Of a stretch of DNA of 64,000 bases, positions 49,133 to 61,620 are shown piece by piece (positions within the stretch are counted from its first letter, which is position 1; each line of letters begins with the position of its first letter). The notes under the pieces were generated by a model. It did not search any database. It had not been told where the DNA came from and saw only the letters and a list, made by a program, of their open reading frames with translations. Position numbers and translations under genes: made by a program. Source of the stretch: Zootoca vivipara (lineage: Eukaryota); assembly GCF_963506605.1 (NCBI RefSeq), contig NC_083283.1:34782001-34846000 (forward strand). The letters run 5' to 3'.

Positions 49133-49960
49133 CCTCCCTCCCTCCCTCGCTGGTCCCAGTTGCAGCAGCCCTTCCAACCCCCCCCCAAAAAAATCTACAC
49201 ACACTTCCAGGGACTAATTCCCACTTCCCCCGCGGGTGCATCTGCCCGCCCGCCCGCTCTCCTGCTTTTGCCCCTCAGTAATGGCTAAACGATCCTTCAG
49301 CCCAGCAGCCGCATCACTCGTGGCTCGTGCACGCTCTCTATCCACACCCACCTACCCTCCCTTTCCCTTTCGCCAGCACACGCCTGCCTCCTCTCCTTCC
49401 CCTCTAACAGAGAAGAAACCAGGGGAAGAGAGAGAGAGAGAGAGATCCTTCCGCAGCGCAGCAGAGGCAAGGGGAAGCCGCGCACTTTTTTTTTGTATGG
49501 TTGTGTATATGCAAGCATTTAATCTCTCTCACGGTCCTGGTTTATCCCATCCGAAGTCTCTGCGCTCCAAGTCCCAACGGCTGTCCGTAGGGCACATGTG
49601 TTGTAAGGCATATCAGAGGCCTTTAAGACCTACCAGCAGACACAAGCAGAAAGAAAAGGCTGGTGTGAAGCTGCAATCGTTTAAAAAAATGAAAAAGCCA
49701 GAATAAACGCCATTCATCCACTTCCCAATTATTTTAAGCTAAGAAATAGATGAGACAACCCCTCACTCAGCCTTCCAATACAGAATTAAGGAGGAAAATG
49801 AATCTGCTTTAATTCCTCCAAAATAAAGCCCTGGGCCTATTTGTCTGAAGTTTGGTAGGATTAATTCGCTCTGGGGGTGGTGTTGTGCCTGTAAATTTTA
49901 TCCACTTTGGCCAAATGGGACAAAAGTCATCACCATGTTTAGATTTCCTATTATAGTAAA
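48921..49960 (-). mobile_element. Non-autonomous Helitron (about 1.04 kb)
   Basis: 3' end CTAG|T on the minus strand at 48921-48924 with palindrome CCCGTTAA-A-TTAACGGG (48935-48951) 10 nt inside; putative 5' end A|TTTACTATAATAGG (TT rather than TC) at 49960; no TSD. Confidence 0.7.
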
Positions 49961-52900
49961 TGGGGACAGAGCTTCATTTTATACAGAGCAACTTGGAACC
50001 CAAAACCCATATTGAAGAGGAGAGAGCACAGAGAGACTGCAAAACAGGTCAGATTTCTATTTTTTATTTTTTTTAAAGGGCAAGTACAAAGATACAAGGT
50101 GAATCGGGGGGGCATGCACACCTTCAGTATATACACATCCATCTTTCCTCGACACAGGGTCCCTTGATATAATGCCCACGCCACCTTAGCAAAAACAATT
50201 TGAGAGATTTCTACCTCAGAAGGCAAGCGGTGTGACGTCCCCTGCATATGGCCTGCCTTTTATGTTCCCGCTTCACACTCAGACTGACAAGAGGGGCTTG
50301 TGAAGCCTTTTCTTCGTGGCTCCATCTTGACCTTGACCTCAGAGCTTTAGAGAAGGTGGCTTGCATTCGAAGCAGCCATTCTCCACCGTAACTCCTCTTT
50401 TCTTTTGATATTAAGGAGAGTGAAAGGTCATGCAATATGTTCCCCTTCTTAGGTTTAGCATTGGGAGGGGGGAGGGGGGAGTTCTGCTTCTTCCTTTGCA
50501 ATGTATTTTTGCTTGAGTTTTTATTTTGCTCAGGTCAGGTACAGGCAGCATCATTCATTTCTTTCGCTCACATCTTCCTTTTCCTCTTCCCTTCCCAAAC
50601 AGGGAGAGAGAGAGGGAGAAAACCAAATATATATGTGTCAGACATTCAGCTAGGGAAAGACAAAGGCACTGAGTTAATTACCCATCATTTACTGCTGCTG
50701 AGAAGAACAGATGGTAGCAAGCGATATGTGAATGGCATGGGGCAGTGAATTATTCGATCTTTTTCAGATTAATCGCCAATGGCAAAGTAGGTGCTTACAA
50801 GCTGTGACCCTTATATAAATGCATAACATGTATACATGGGCTCTGAGAGGGGGAAGGGTTGTTTAGTTTGTTAAAGGAGTTTAAAATCTTTGGAGGATGT
50901 CAGACACATGAAAGTGGTTGACACAATAGTGGGGAATCACACTGTGTGATTCCCAGCAAATGACATTCCTCTTCAGGTAACTTTAGAAAGCCCCTCAGAT
51001 TTGGGTCGTTTTGCCTGGGCTCATGAACTGGATCACAATTAAACCCCAAAACAGAAACCCATATATTTTGAATGGTTTTCATGAAGGAGAAGGCCGCTTA
51101 CTTGAAGAGTCACTGTGAAGCTGTTGCATGAAACAGGGAGTAGGACCATACCATTTTTAAAAAATTTTTAAAAGCTAATAAAAATAAAGGTTGGAAAACA
51201 ATGACAAATATGATTATTTTGTTGCAAGGCCCTTCTTGGCTGAAGCAGCAAAGGCAAGAAAGGATCAAGGTATTTACTTGCGTCTTTGATTTTTATCATA
51301 TATATATTTAAAAAACAACATCTTTCAGCACCTTTCAAGGTCAGGATGGTATAATTTCCTCTCCATCTTGCTAAAACACCCAACCTTTTTCCTTCCATAT
51401 GGAAGAAAAGGAAGAAAGGTCTATTGCATTTTCAGTTGCATCAATAATTAATTGGTACATGAGAAAAACAGATGCTGTCTTTTGCAGATCATAGAAACTG
51501 CCCCATCATCAAAATGTCTCCAATCACCTAATTATTAAATCTATACAGCGCTAATATTACGGTGGAATTGGGGGGGGGGGAGAGAAGAAAGGGAGGAGAC
51601 GAAGCCAGTGAGCCACAAACACCGTTCCCTGAAAGCCTTCCAATTTACTGCCTTTTCTGACACTTCTTATCTTGTAGGGAAACCATCCCCTTGCAAACAT
51701 CAGGGAGTGGGTGAGTTTCAGGGGGCTTGCTCCGTGCTCCCTCCTTGAATATTCTTCTTAATCAAGCAAATGCAAAGCGTCGCCAATATTGCTGCCTGAT
51801 ATCTTGTCCGTGTGTTGTTGACAGAAGATGCAAGGGGGTGGGAGGGGGCTGGAGGAAGCTGGGGGAATTGGGCTGGAATTGTATTAGTCAGCAGCTCTGG
51901 GTAGTGCATTTAAAACTGCAATCCATTTAGCCTGAATATAGGATTGGGAAGAAAGTGCAGCCCCGGAGAAAAGAGAAGCAGAAACCACTGCAGGAGACTA
52001 GAATTTCCAGTGTGCGGTTTCATTAAAAGCCAGCTTTATATAACACCATCAGTTTAGCTGGTGCCCCCACCCAGATCACTTTCTATATACCATTATGTGA
52101 AAAGATGCAAATAATGCAACAACGCAACACAAACAATGATATGGCTCATGGACTTATCTTACCTACATTAACATCACATTGACTCTGCAAGGAGAAGGCT
52201 TGCATCACTGAGGAACGAAAACAGGTTTGCATACATTTCTCCTTGCTGCGGTTTTCAATTATGAATCTTTCCGGCATCATGGACGCTGATATATATCTCC
52301 TGGCAAAATTAAAAGTAAGACGGTGTTTAAGTCGCAGTGATAACCTGGTATGGGAAGGAAAGGGATGGCCCTGAGTTAGGGAGCTTGAAACAAAGAAATC
52401 ATTTCCACTTTGTGAAATTATAGGGAAAGGAAAAATACCTGCCTCCAACATGGATAATTCAAGCAAGATTGGAAGCGAAATATCCAGTTGGGCTTTGATG
52501 AGCCTTCTGATCCTACCTAGATGAGATAAGGAGGTTCTACTAAAGGGCGCTGTAATGTTTATTTGAACACAAAGGATGGATAATTTATAGCATAGGGTAT
52601 AACTGTACCTGTGAGTGAATATTTATAGCATTTCCTGAAATGTCACACAATCCCTGGCACATTCCAAAAAGCAGCAGCTCTGAAAAAATAAAGAATGGTG
52701 AGTGGGGAGTGACTATTGTCTTGGAAAAGAAATGGTTGGATCAGAATCCAGACAATCTATTTATATATGTTCTTCATGTGGTATGTCAAATTCAGGGGTG
52801 GGGGGGTGGAAGCCATCTCCATGCATTTTATTTTATTTTATTTTGCAGCTTTTTGCTGCTCCAGAAATATTTATTAAGAAAGCTGCAGGTAGCCATTACT

Positions 52901-53722
52901 TATAGCCCTGTAGATCTTTTTTTCTTGTTGTTCTTTTTGATGAAACAAAGATGAAATTGAAATTGATTTTTTGGGGAGACATTTATATTGAAAGGAGGAT
53001 CATTTTATATTTTCCCCAAGGTGAAATCCTCATTCATTCCGAAGCATAAAAAGTGCAGAGGGGCTAAAGGATTGTCATACAATGGCCATTTTTATTTCAC
53101 AGGACATTTTCCATCGCCAATGGAATTTGATATATTCTTCCCTTATAAGGTGACTGGCGTGTGAATGCTTGGGTTTCATAGCTGCACATGTGCAAATATA
53201 TATGTATTCTGCTTTAAACAAATCTGGAACAAATTATTTTTATATCATTAGGCACATAGTAATTTGTTCCTTGGGATTTCTCTCCTCCCTTGTTACACTG
53301 TTTGTCTTCAAAGAAGGACACAAAATAAAATGTGTGCATGTAGGTAGCAATCCTATGCGCACTGAGGCTCTTTTAATCTCAATGAAGTTAATCTGAGTTA
53401 AGCAGCCTAACTGTACACAGGATAGAACCACAGCATGCAATATTTAAGCAAGTGGATCAGCAAATGATATGGGAAGTGACAGTAAAAGAAAATCTTCTTA
53501 CGGGGCCGGGCAAGACGGAGAACTGGAATTCTGGACAAATATGTTAGCATGGTTGTTCTTAACAAAACAAAACAAAATATCAGTGATATCAATTGCTAAA
53601 TTCCAGTATGTCACTAGGCACCTGGGCATTGCAAGGCAGTCCACATCTTCTCAACAATTTTCATTGGGTTCACTATGCCAGCATGATAGCATTCACCCAT
53701 TAGATGAAAACTGTAGGAAATT

Positions 53723-54240
53723 GTTGTTGTTGTTGTTCAGTCATTTAATTGTGTCCGACTCTTCGTGACCCCATGGACCAGAGCACGCCAGGCACTCCTG
53801 TCTTCCACTGCCTCCTGCAGTTTGGTCAGACTCGTGTTCGTAGCTTCGAGAACACTGTCCAACCATCTCATCCTCTGTCGTCCCCTTCTCCTTGTGCCCT
53901 CCATCTTTCCCAACATCAGGGTCTTTTCCAGGGAGTCTTCTCTTCTCATGAGGTGGCCAAAGTATTGGAGCCTCAGCTTCAGGATCTGTCCTTCCAGTGA
54001 GCACTCAGGGCTGATTTCCTTCAGAATGGATAGGTTTGATCTTCTTGCAGTCCATGGGACTCTCCTCCAGCACCATAATTCAAAAGCATCAATTCTTCGG
54101 CGATCAGCCTTCTTTATGGTCCAGCTCTCACTTCCATACATCACGTCTGGGAAAACCATAGCTTTAACTATATGGACCTTTGTTGGCAAGGTGATGTCTC
54201 TGCTTTTTAAGATGCTGTCTGGGTTTGTCATTGCTTTTTT
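53723..54240 (-). mobile_element. Bov-B LINE 3' fragment
   Basis: ORF DSILKSRDITLPTKV...DAFELWCWRR; 11-bp TSD TGTAGGAAATT at 53712-53722 and 54241-54251. Confidence 0.97.
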
Positions 54241-54714
54241 TGTAGGAAATTAGCATGCAGAAAAGTGACGCAGAGGTGCTAAAAGAGACCATATTCAGCT
54301 ACGAAGCCAACAACTGAAAGTAGAATATAATTCACTGTTACTGTAATCAGTTTTATAGCACAACAAATGACATATTTCTCATCTTCCCTCAATAACAATA
54401 TTCATCTGCTTTATACTTCTTTTGCATTAATCTGACCATCCTAGCTGGAGGAAGGAAATAGAAACAAATGTACCTATGTTGCATATGCTTAAAAGCGCAC
54501 ACGCATATATTTAAGCCTGTCTATACATATGTGTGTGCATAATTTGCAATATGTTGTATAGATCAGAAATCATCCTTCATTTAGCATTTATTCTGATATG
54601 TACCTCATGCCGTTCAAGGCCAACTGGACACATAGCTAGGAGATCTGCGATTAGACCTTCCATGGTTATATAGAGTTATACTAATTTTCAGTCCCATGTG
54701 GTTGCTTTATTTTT

Positions 54715-54893
54715 TTTAATTATTCATATCATATATTTCCTTCCTCTTCATATTATCCTCTCAACAACCCTGTGAGGTGTGTTAGGTTGAGAGACTGTGA
54801 CTGGCCCAAGGTCATTCAGCAAGCTTCATGGCTAAGTGGGGCTTCAAATCCTGTCTCCCAGTCCAACACATTAACCACTATACCACACTGGCT
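54715..54893 (-). mobile_element. Squam2-type SINE
   Basis: CAACAACCCTGTGAGG..GACTGGCCCAAGGTCA..TTAACCACTATACCACACTGGC. Confidence 0.8.
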
Positions 54894-55055
54894 TGTATGC
54901 TTTGAAAGTCAGGGAAATAGTGCTCTAGAAGAAGATGTTTTCTTCTCACCCTCTCCCAGATCTAACCCTTGCTACCTCCAGCTCCCTGAGAGGAAATAAA
55001 AGTGCTCCCAAATAATGCTTAATTTGACCCTTTAGTAGAGAACAGTTCCCTTTGG

Positions 55056-55572
55056 GGAAGGGTCATCTCTCGGTGGTGGTAGAGCATCTGCTTTGCCCAT
55101 GTCCCAGGTTCAATCCCCAACATCTCCATGTGGGCTGTGAATTTGCCCTTTCTGAAACCCTGGAGAGACTGTTAGTCAATGTAGACAATCGTGAGGTAGA
55201 ACAAGGTGCTCAATCTTTTCATATAAAGTGGGCTGTAAGAGTACTTTGACATGAAACCCACAGGCCGCACACAGCCTTGTCACACCGGGGGGGGGAGAGA
55301 GAGGCCAAAATTGGACACCCCCACCCCAGTCCTCATGCTGACTTCTCAAAACCAGCTAAGCAAGGCTTTGGGAAGGAGGTGGGAGGACTCCAGGACCCTG
55401 TCAGAGCTTTTAAGCCTCCTTTGCAAAGCCCAGCGCCTCACCTACCCAGCTTTGGGAAGGCAGTGTGAGGCCTGGGGGGGGGACACCTCACGTTGGGCCA
55501 CATTTGGCCACTCTGATCTAGATGGACCAAATGGTCTGGCCTAGTATAAGGAAACTTACTGTGTTCCTATGT
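55056..55572 (+). mobile_element. Squam3-type SINE with nested hAT-Charlie MITE (55202-55515)
   Basis: GGTAGAGCATCTGCTTTG, GGTTCAATCCC, CTGAAACCCTGGAGAG, insert, then CTAGATGGACCAA..GTTCCTATG tail. Confidence 0.8.
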
Positions 55573-56055
55573 TTACACAGGGATCCTAGCAGTTTCTGAA
55601 CTCAGGGAAAGGGCTGCACAATTATTTGTTCCTGTTCAAATGCTAAATATGGTCAGATAACTAGTTTAGGTGTCAGATCACCAATGTACTGGGCACAAAG
55701 CATCACCATTCCATCCACATTTGCATCTACAGTATAGTACCTTGGGCACAAAAGGGGGATCTGCAGATTTTTCAATACTAATCCACATAGGGTTACTGCT
55801 GTACAAACACACGATGGATTGCCCTATGGGTTTTTATCTACAAAGAGAAAAGCACTGTGGATCTTCACCAATATCAAGATCTCATAAGGGACTGCGTAAG
55901 TGAGGTAGTTCTTCTACATGTGCAATATTCTTCTGTGCATGGAAGACATTTGGAGCATCCAATGGTAAACAGGTAACATCCCTCTTCACACGTTACTTGC
56001 ATAAAGATTACGGGGTTATGCTATTATTGCCCCTTCCTTGAGATCGCATGTTTCC

Positions 56056-56204
56056 CATGGGCATAGCTGCTCCCCTGCACCCCTAAATAAACAAAATAAA
56101 CAAAAATACTTAACTAACTGACCAATTGTGTCACAAATAACTCAGTTCTCCCCACCCCAACATAAAGCCTCCCCCCCCCCAAGGCAACCCTGGCTATGCC
56201 CATG
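56056..56204. mobile_element. hAT MITE (149 bp), terminus type shared with 36193 and 37316
   Basis: TIRs CATGGGCATAGC / GCTATGCCCATG; TSD ATGTTTCC/ATGTTTTC. Confidence 0.8.
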
Positions 56205-56364
56205 ATGTTTTCCCCCTCCTGGCCCCTCACACATTGGGAGATAGCTTTTGATGAGGAGAACCTTGGACATATAGAAATAAACCCTCACTGGGTCAGAAAT
56301 TATCCCTCCACCAGGAGGGGGAGTCACGTGACCTCAAGGACAGGGCTAAAATGTGTGGCCGTAC

Positions 56365-56454
56365 CATAGCTGCCAAGTTTTCCCTTTTCTCACGAGGAAG
56401 CCTATTCAGCATAAGGGAATTTCCCTTTAAAAAAGGGATAACTTGGCAGCTATG
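56365..56454. mobile_element. Second copy of the 90-bp hAT MITE
   Basis: Near-identical to 30411-30500. Confidence 0.92.
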
Positions 56455-57271
56455 CGCCTACAGCTCCTTTGGCCAGGCATGTTTCCCCTTTGTGTGAGAG
56501 AGAGACATGCGGGCAGGATTCCATTGGGGTTGTTGCACACACTGATATCCATAATAGCTAAAAAGAACCCATCTTTTGAACAGTTTCCCCCAAGCACAAA
56601 GCACCCACTGCACTGCTGACTTTTGTTCAAAACCCCATTTAGAAAAGCTATGTACAATATGGTGGCTTCATCTTATAATGAACAATTAGGCAAAAGCATT
56701 CATTTCCAGGAGTGAACCACCGTTACCATCGACCAGCCAAGGAAGCATCATCCTGATAGTACGGCTTTAAACAGCTCATTCACATCCCACAAAATCCGGG
56801 AGAGTCAAATCAGGAGATTTACTTTCACAATTAAACAACTAGTCTAGGACCCCTTTGCTTGCAGCCTAAATCAAAGCACTGGAGCCCTCTTTTGGTCAAA
56901 TTGGAAATCGACACTGTTGGCTGGGTTGCTACAAGGACATAAAATGTTACTTTTCCCCAAACCTACTCCCATTGAAATCAATCACAATTCATTCTCTTTC
57001 TCACTTCAGCAGCAGCTGTAAAAGGCTTTTTATAGTGCCAGCCCTTGTTTCTAAAGGGATTATTTTTCCATTTATAAGACAGATCTCTGCACCACTGGCT
57101 TTAAAATTAAGTGTAACCCACCCACCCCTGCTGTTACACACAATAGACTTCTTTCCAGAAACGTCAATTCATGCAATAGTGTTTCTGGAAATGATGCAAA
57201 ACATTTGCAGAAAATTGTTCAGTGCTTCAGCAGACATCCTAGGAACCAAGGTAGCCAGATTTTATGGCTAC

Positions 57272-57272
<1 letters not shown>

Positions 57273-57315
<43 letters not shown>
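57273..57315 (+). repeat. (CA)n microsatellite
   Basis: Direct reading. Confidence 0.95.
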
Positions 57316-57317
<2 letters not shown>

Positions 57318-57949
57318 CGGGGAGACATGCAACCACATAGCCTAAACAATTAATTCACATTTTGTGCTGCATTCAGGCATTCAGCCTCATAATGGGAGGG
57401 CTAAACATGAATGTGTGTGTGCCGGTCCCACCCTCAACATCCTCTGGACACCAGATCCACTCACTCACTGTTTGTAACCTTCATGTATTGATTTCAAAGG
57501 TCCGAAAGGTCTTCTTACCACGTTCACCTGAAAGTGGGGAGAAGCCTCTTATGGAAGGAAACTTTTAAGCTGAACATGCTCAGAAGCCCCCTTCAGGCTT
57601 TCAAAAGTTGACTGAGAGGAGCCCACATGCCAGGGGGCATTGGGAGTGGGGCTTTTATGCATGCCCCTCCTCTGTATACACTTATAACCCTCACTTGTTC
57701 AGGAAAACACTCAGTTACAGTGAAATTGAAAGGCATCCGTGAAAACCTGGGGCCACTTCATGTGTTACTCCTTTCTGACCTAGAAAGCATTTCAGTGTAG
57801 TAAGCACTGTGAAATTCACATAGACATTAGCATTGGGTGTGTGTACAATTAAACAAATGCATTAAATATATGTATAATGGTTGTACATCTCAGTGTATAG
57901 AATTCAGACCAAAAGACACAAAACAATCTAGAGAAATTTGTTCTTGTTT

Positions 57950-58140
57950 TTTATTGACTTACATTTGCATTTCACCTTTCTTCCTAGGTGGTGGGAACTG
58001 GTTCTTGTGGTTTGTCCTCACACAACAACCCTGTTACCTAGGTTAGGTTGAGAGAGAGAGAGTACCTGGCCCAAGGTCACACTAGGAGCTCCATCTGCAA
58101 CTAAGTGAAGATTTGAACCTGGGTCTCCTTGATCCTAATC
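57950..58140 (-). mobile_element. Squam2-type SINE (degenerate)
   Basis: CACAACAACCCTG..GGCCCAAGGTCAC..GATTTGAACCTGGGTCTCC. Confidence 0.7.
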
Positions 58141-58664
58141 CACTAAACTAGGAGTGCTACACTACTCCACCTTGCCTGAGACCACATGGAGAACAAAGGA
58201 ATGGAGTCATACAATGCTGATCAGCTGCCGTGTTTCTGTTGCCAATTTACCTGCTGTCATAGCTCTGGCTTTTCCTATATCATCCTGAAGATGATTCAAC
58301 CTGTTGCCAGCAGCATTTGAGCACCAATAAAAACCACTTCTCTGAAAGCATGCAATGCAATTGCTCCACACTCCCAGAGCATCAGGCTATAACCCAGGTA
58401 ACTTTGATGTGAACTAATCTTCATAATGCTGCAGTGACATTTCCCACAATTCTCCTCCAAGTTCCCTCCTGAAATTTACAACAACAACAGTGGTTTATAA
58501 GCGGTTTCGGGGGGAAACTTTCTATGTCATCCTGCTGGCCCATGAAACCCCATGTGATTGCAATGGAACTGCTGCATGTTGGAGAGTTTGCACATGGTAC
58601 TCTCCGTTCACATGGCACATGTATTGTCAACTAAGAGTGAGACCCCAAATATGTCCAGTATTTG

Positions 58665-59212
58665 TAGAATCATAGAACTGCAGAATCTGAAGGCAACTTG
58701 AGGTCATCTAGTTCAACCCCTCCTCAATGCAAGATCTGTAATGAACGATGTAATGACAACATCCCTGGCAGGTGGGTTCCCAGTTTCTGCTTCTCTGCCA
58801 TTTCCATCCATCGGCTCTAGTTCCTTTACTTTGGAGCAACGGGGAGCATCTCTCTGCTTGAAAACCCTCCAGACATTTGAAGACAGCTGCCATATATCCT
58901 CTTCAACTTATATTTTCCAGCTTAAAAGTACCCAGTTCTTTCAACAGTTCTGCATAGGGCTTGTTTTCCAAACTGCTCACCATCAGTAGCAGCCAGTGAG
59001 TGGCACAACTGCTCACCTGGCTTTCCCACACCATACGGTGCTGCTGGTTACCAAGAGGAGAGGCAGCAGAGAGCTCAGGGTGGTGCAGGTGCAGCAGCAG
59101 AGCCAGATAAGCAATGCCACCCTGCCAGTCCATACTGCTCCCAGTCCTGCTTGACCACCTCTGGATACAATCCAGTGTGCCAATGTCCTTCTTAAAATGT
59201 GGTGCCCAAAGC
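58665..59212 (-). mobile_element. Old CR1 3' fragment with nested insertion (about 58983-59137)
   Basis: AGAATCATAGAA tail; translated WAPHFKKDI..L..IQR and MAAVFKCLEG remnants. Confidence 0.7.
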
Positions 59213-59986
59213 AAAGAGGTTCTCCTGTGCCTGCCTATTACAAAAGATAATCAGTCACATGGTCTTTGAGAAAGCATAACTACAGCCAATCTTCTCTTTG
59301 AGAACCCCTGATCAGCTTTCTAAGGGTCCAGATTTCTCCATAAGACAGTTTGAAAAAAGTACTTGGGTGGAATTCAACATCACACTATTACAAATGTTCC
59401 ATCTGCATAAGCATTTCAGCTTGCCGGACAGGAATGACCCCCCTCAATGCAGTCCTGTAATAGCAATGTTTTGTGGTAACGCCACTGTGGGTTTAGGGTG
59501 GGAGGAAGACAGACGAAGAATTGGACCAATGACTGAAGCCTTGTTGTCCAGTGGGAGACCTCTCCACTTCAGGGCCCTACAAATACCCCAGTGTAGGGCC
59601 ATCAGAGTAACATACTCTCTTTCCAACATGTTGAGTGTGTGAGATTGCAGCCCCAAAAGACACACTTTCTTGGGAGTGAGATCACAGCTCCACAGAAAGC
59701 GCACTTTGGGTGCCGTACTCTCACATGAAAAAACAGGGTGTCCCAATTTTATTGGCACAATTGAGGGGTGGGCTAGCATGGTGGAGCAGGACTGTGATAC
59801 AATAGCACCACATCTGGCCATGAGCTTGTGATGCGGCCTAGTGCTACTGCCATGGCTTTGTGCTGCTTACTTGCTGCCTAGAAATATAGAGAAGTATCCT
59901 AGAGGAAAACACAAACAGTTGCACAAGCACAGGATAGAGGCGGCCTCTATGGTTGAACTACAAGCTGGTAACTGAAGAAAGTAAAG

Positions 59987-60246
59987 CAGGGTGGGGAACT
60001 CCAGGCCTCTCTGCCTGTCCCTGGAGCTCTCCTCAGGCCACACCCCTCACTGGCCCCACATTGCAGCTTCATTGTTTTTGCCTGGCTGGAATGTATCCTT
60101 GAGTTTTAGAAGACACGAGAGTACTATACAAAGGTAGAGCTTACATTTGTTGCTGTACCCACTTTTGTCTCTGTCCCTGCCCACCACATATATGTGGCCC
60201 CAGAAGGTTGCCAAGAAGTTGGGCTGCAAAAGTTTATCCATCCCTG
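59987..60246. mobile_element. hAT-Charlie MITE (degenerate)
   Basis: CAGGGTGGGGAACT / AGTTTATCCATCCCTG; TSD AAGTAAAG/CAGTAAAA. Confidence 0.65.
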
Positions 60247-60552
60247 CAGTAAAATGTCTGACAGCTACTTAGGTCTCACCCAGACTAAGTGTCATTTAAA
60301 GGGCATTTCAGTGTATTTCCCAATCAAGGAATATTTTCATTCAGCTCAAAGTACAGGTGGAAATAAGTAAGGAGAAGATAAGAGGAGTTTGACTTATGTG
60401 CTTCACTGCATTTTCTCCCCACCTTGCTGGGGAAATGGCTGCCTGTCCTTTTTTACATGCTTTCTTTGCTTTTGTACTCCATATTTATTTGACATATAAA
60501 AGTTGGTTTGAAGGGGACTTCTGTCTTTTACAGTCCTGAGCACATTTAGACA

Positions 60553-60750
60553 GAAACCAGTGTGGTGTAGTGGTTAGCATACTGGATGAGAACCTGGGCA
60601 GCCAGGGTCCAAATGCACACTTGGCCATGAAGTTCAGCAGATGACCTTGGGGTCCGTCACTGTTTCTCAGCCTAACCTACTTCACAAGGTTTCTGTGTGT
60701 ATAAAATGGAGCTCCTTGGAAGCAAGGTGGGATATAAATGGGGTAATAAA
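60553..60750 (+). mobile_element. Squam2-type SINE, near full length
   Basis: CCAGTGTGGTGTAGTGGTTAG A-box, TGACCTTGG core, GGTGGGATATAAAT tail. Confidence 0.85.
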
Positions 60751-61317
60751 ATGATTGTGCTAGGGTTGCAGCCTTTGTGCCTCAGAGATTGCATTGTTTC
60801 ATTCCATGAAAAGAGGTCTCTTCTTAGGAGGATAGGGAATCATGATGTGTTCAACTTTGCAAAGCTGAAAAAATACAATCCGATTTAACTTGAGAAAAGT
60901 CAGTGTGTTGCAAACAGCTTGTCTTACTCCCTAAAGTGTTTGGTACTATAAATAGATGGATTTGGCAGATGTCTACAGCACATCCCCTTCAACAGCTCAG
61001 AGGCTCTATAATGCATAGCTTTAGCCAGAATTGGATTGCCAGGCTCACCTGGAAAGCCACATTCGAAGTGTCCATAAATGTGAGCTCTTGAGAAATGGCT
61101 TCCCATTGGCCTGTTGAAAGGAGTTCTTTCTCTTTTTCCTGTTTGTGCAGCATGCTCACAAAGGTTTGAAGTGGCACAATGTGAGTGAAATGAGAAATGC
61201 AATAAAAACAGTCTTAAAGGGAAATCAGAGAAGGAAATTTACACTCGGCATATTTTGAAGAGAAGAAATAATAAAGATCAAAAATACATTAAGAATCTAC
61301 ATAATGAATATACAGTA

Positions 61318-61560
61318 CAGTGGTACCTCTACTTACGAATTTAATGCGTTCCAAACACACATTTGTAAGTCGAAAAAAATTGTAAGTCGAATCCCATAGG
61401 AATGCATTGGGAGAAAAAATTCGTAAGTCGAAGCAACCCTATCTAAAAATTCGTAAGTGGAAAAAATCCTATCTAAACCGCATCCAAGATGGCGGACGGA
61501 GCTCCATTTGTAAGTAGAAAAAATTGTAAGTAGAGTTATTTGTAAGTAGAGGTACCACTG
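61318..61560. mobile_element. Tc1/mariner (Tigger/pogo-type) MITE, 243 bp
   Basis: TIRs CAGTGGTACCTCTACTTAC / GTAAGTAGAGGTACCACTG; TA TSD at 61316-61317 and 61561-61562. Confidence 0.93.
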
Positions 61561-61620
61561 TAATTCAGTATGCCATTTTTTGGGGGGGGGGAGTGAACAA
61601 ACAAAGCCATCTAGACACAA

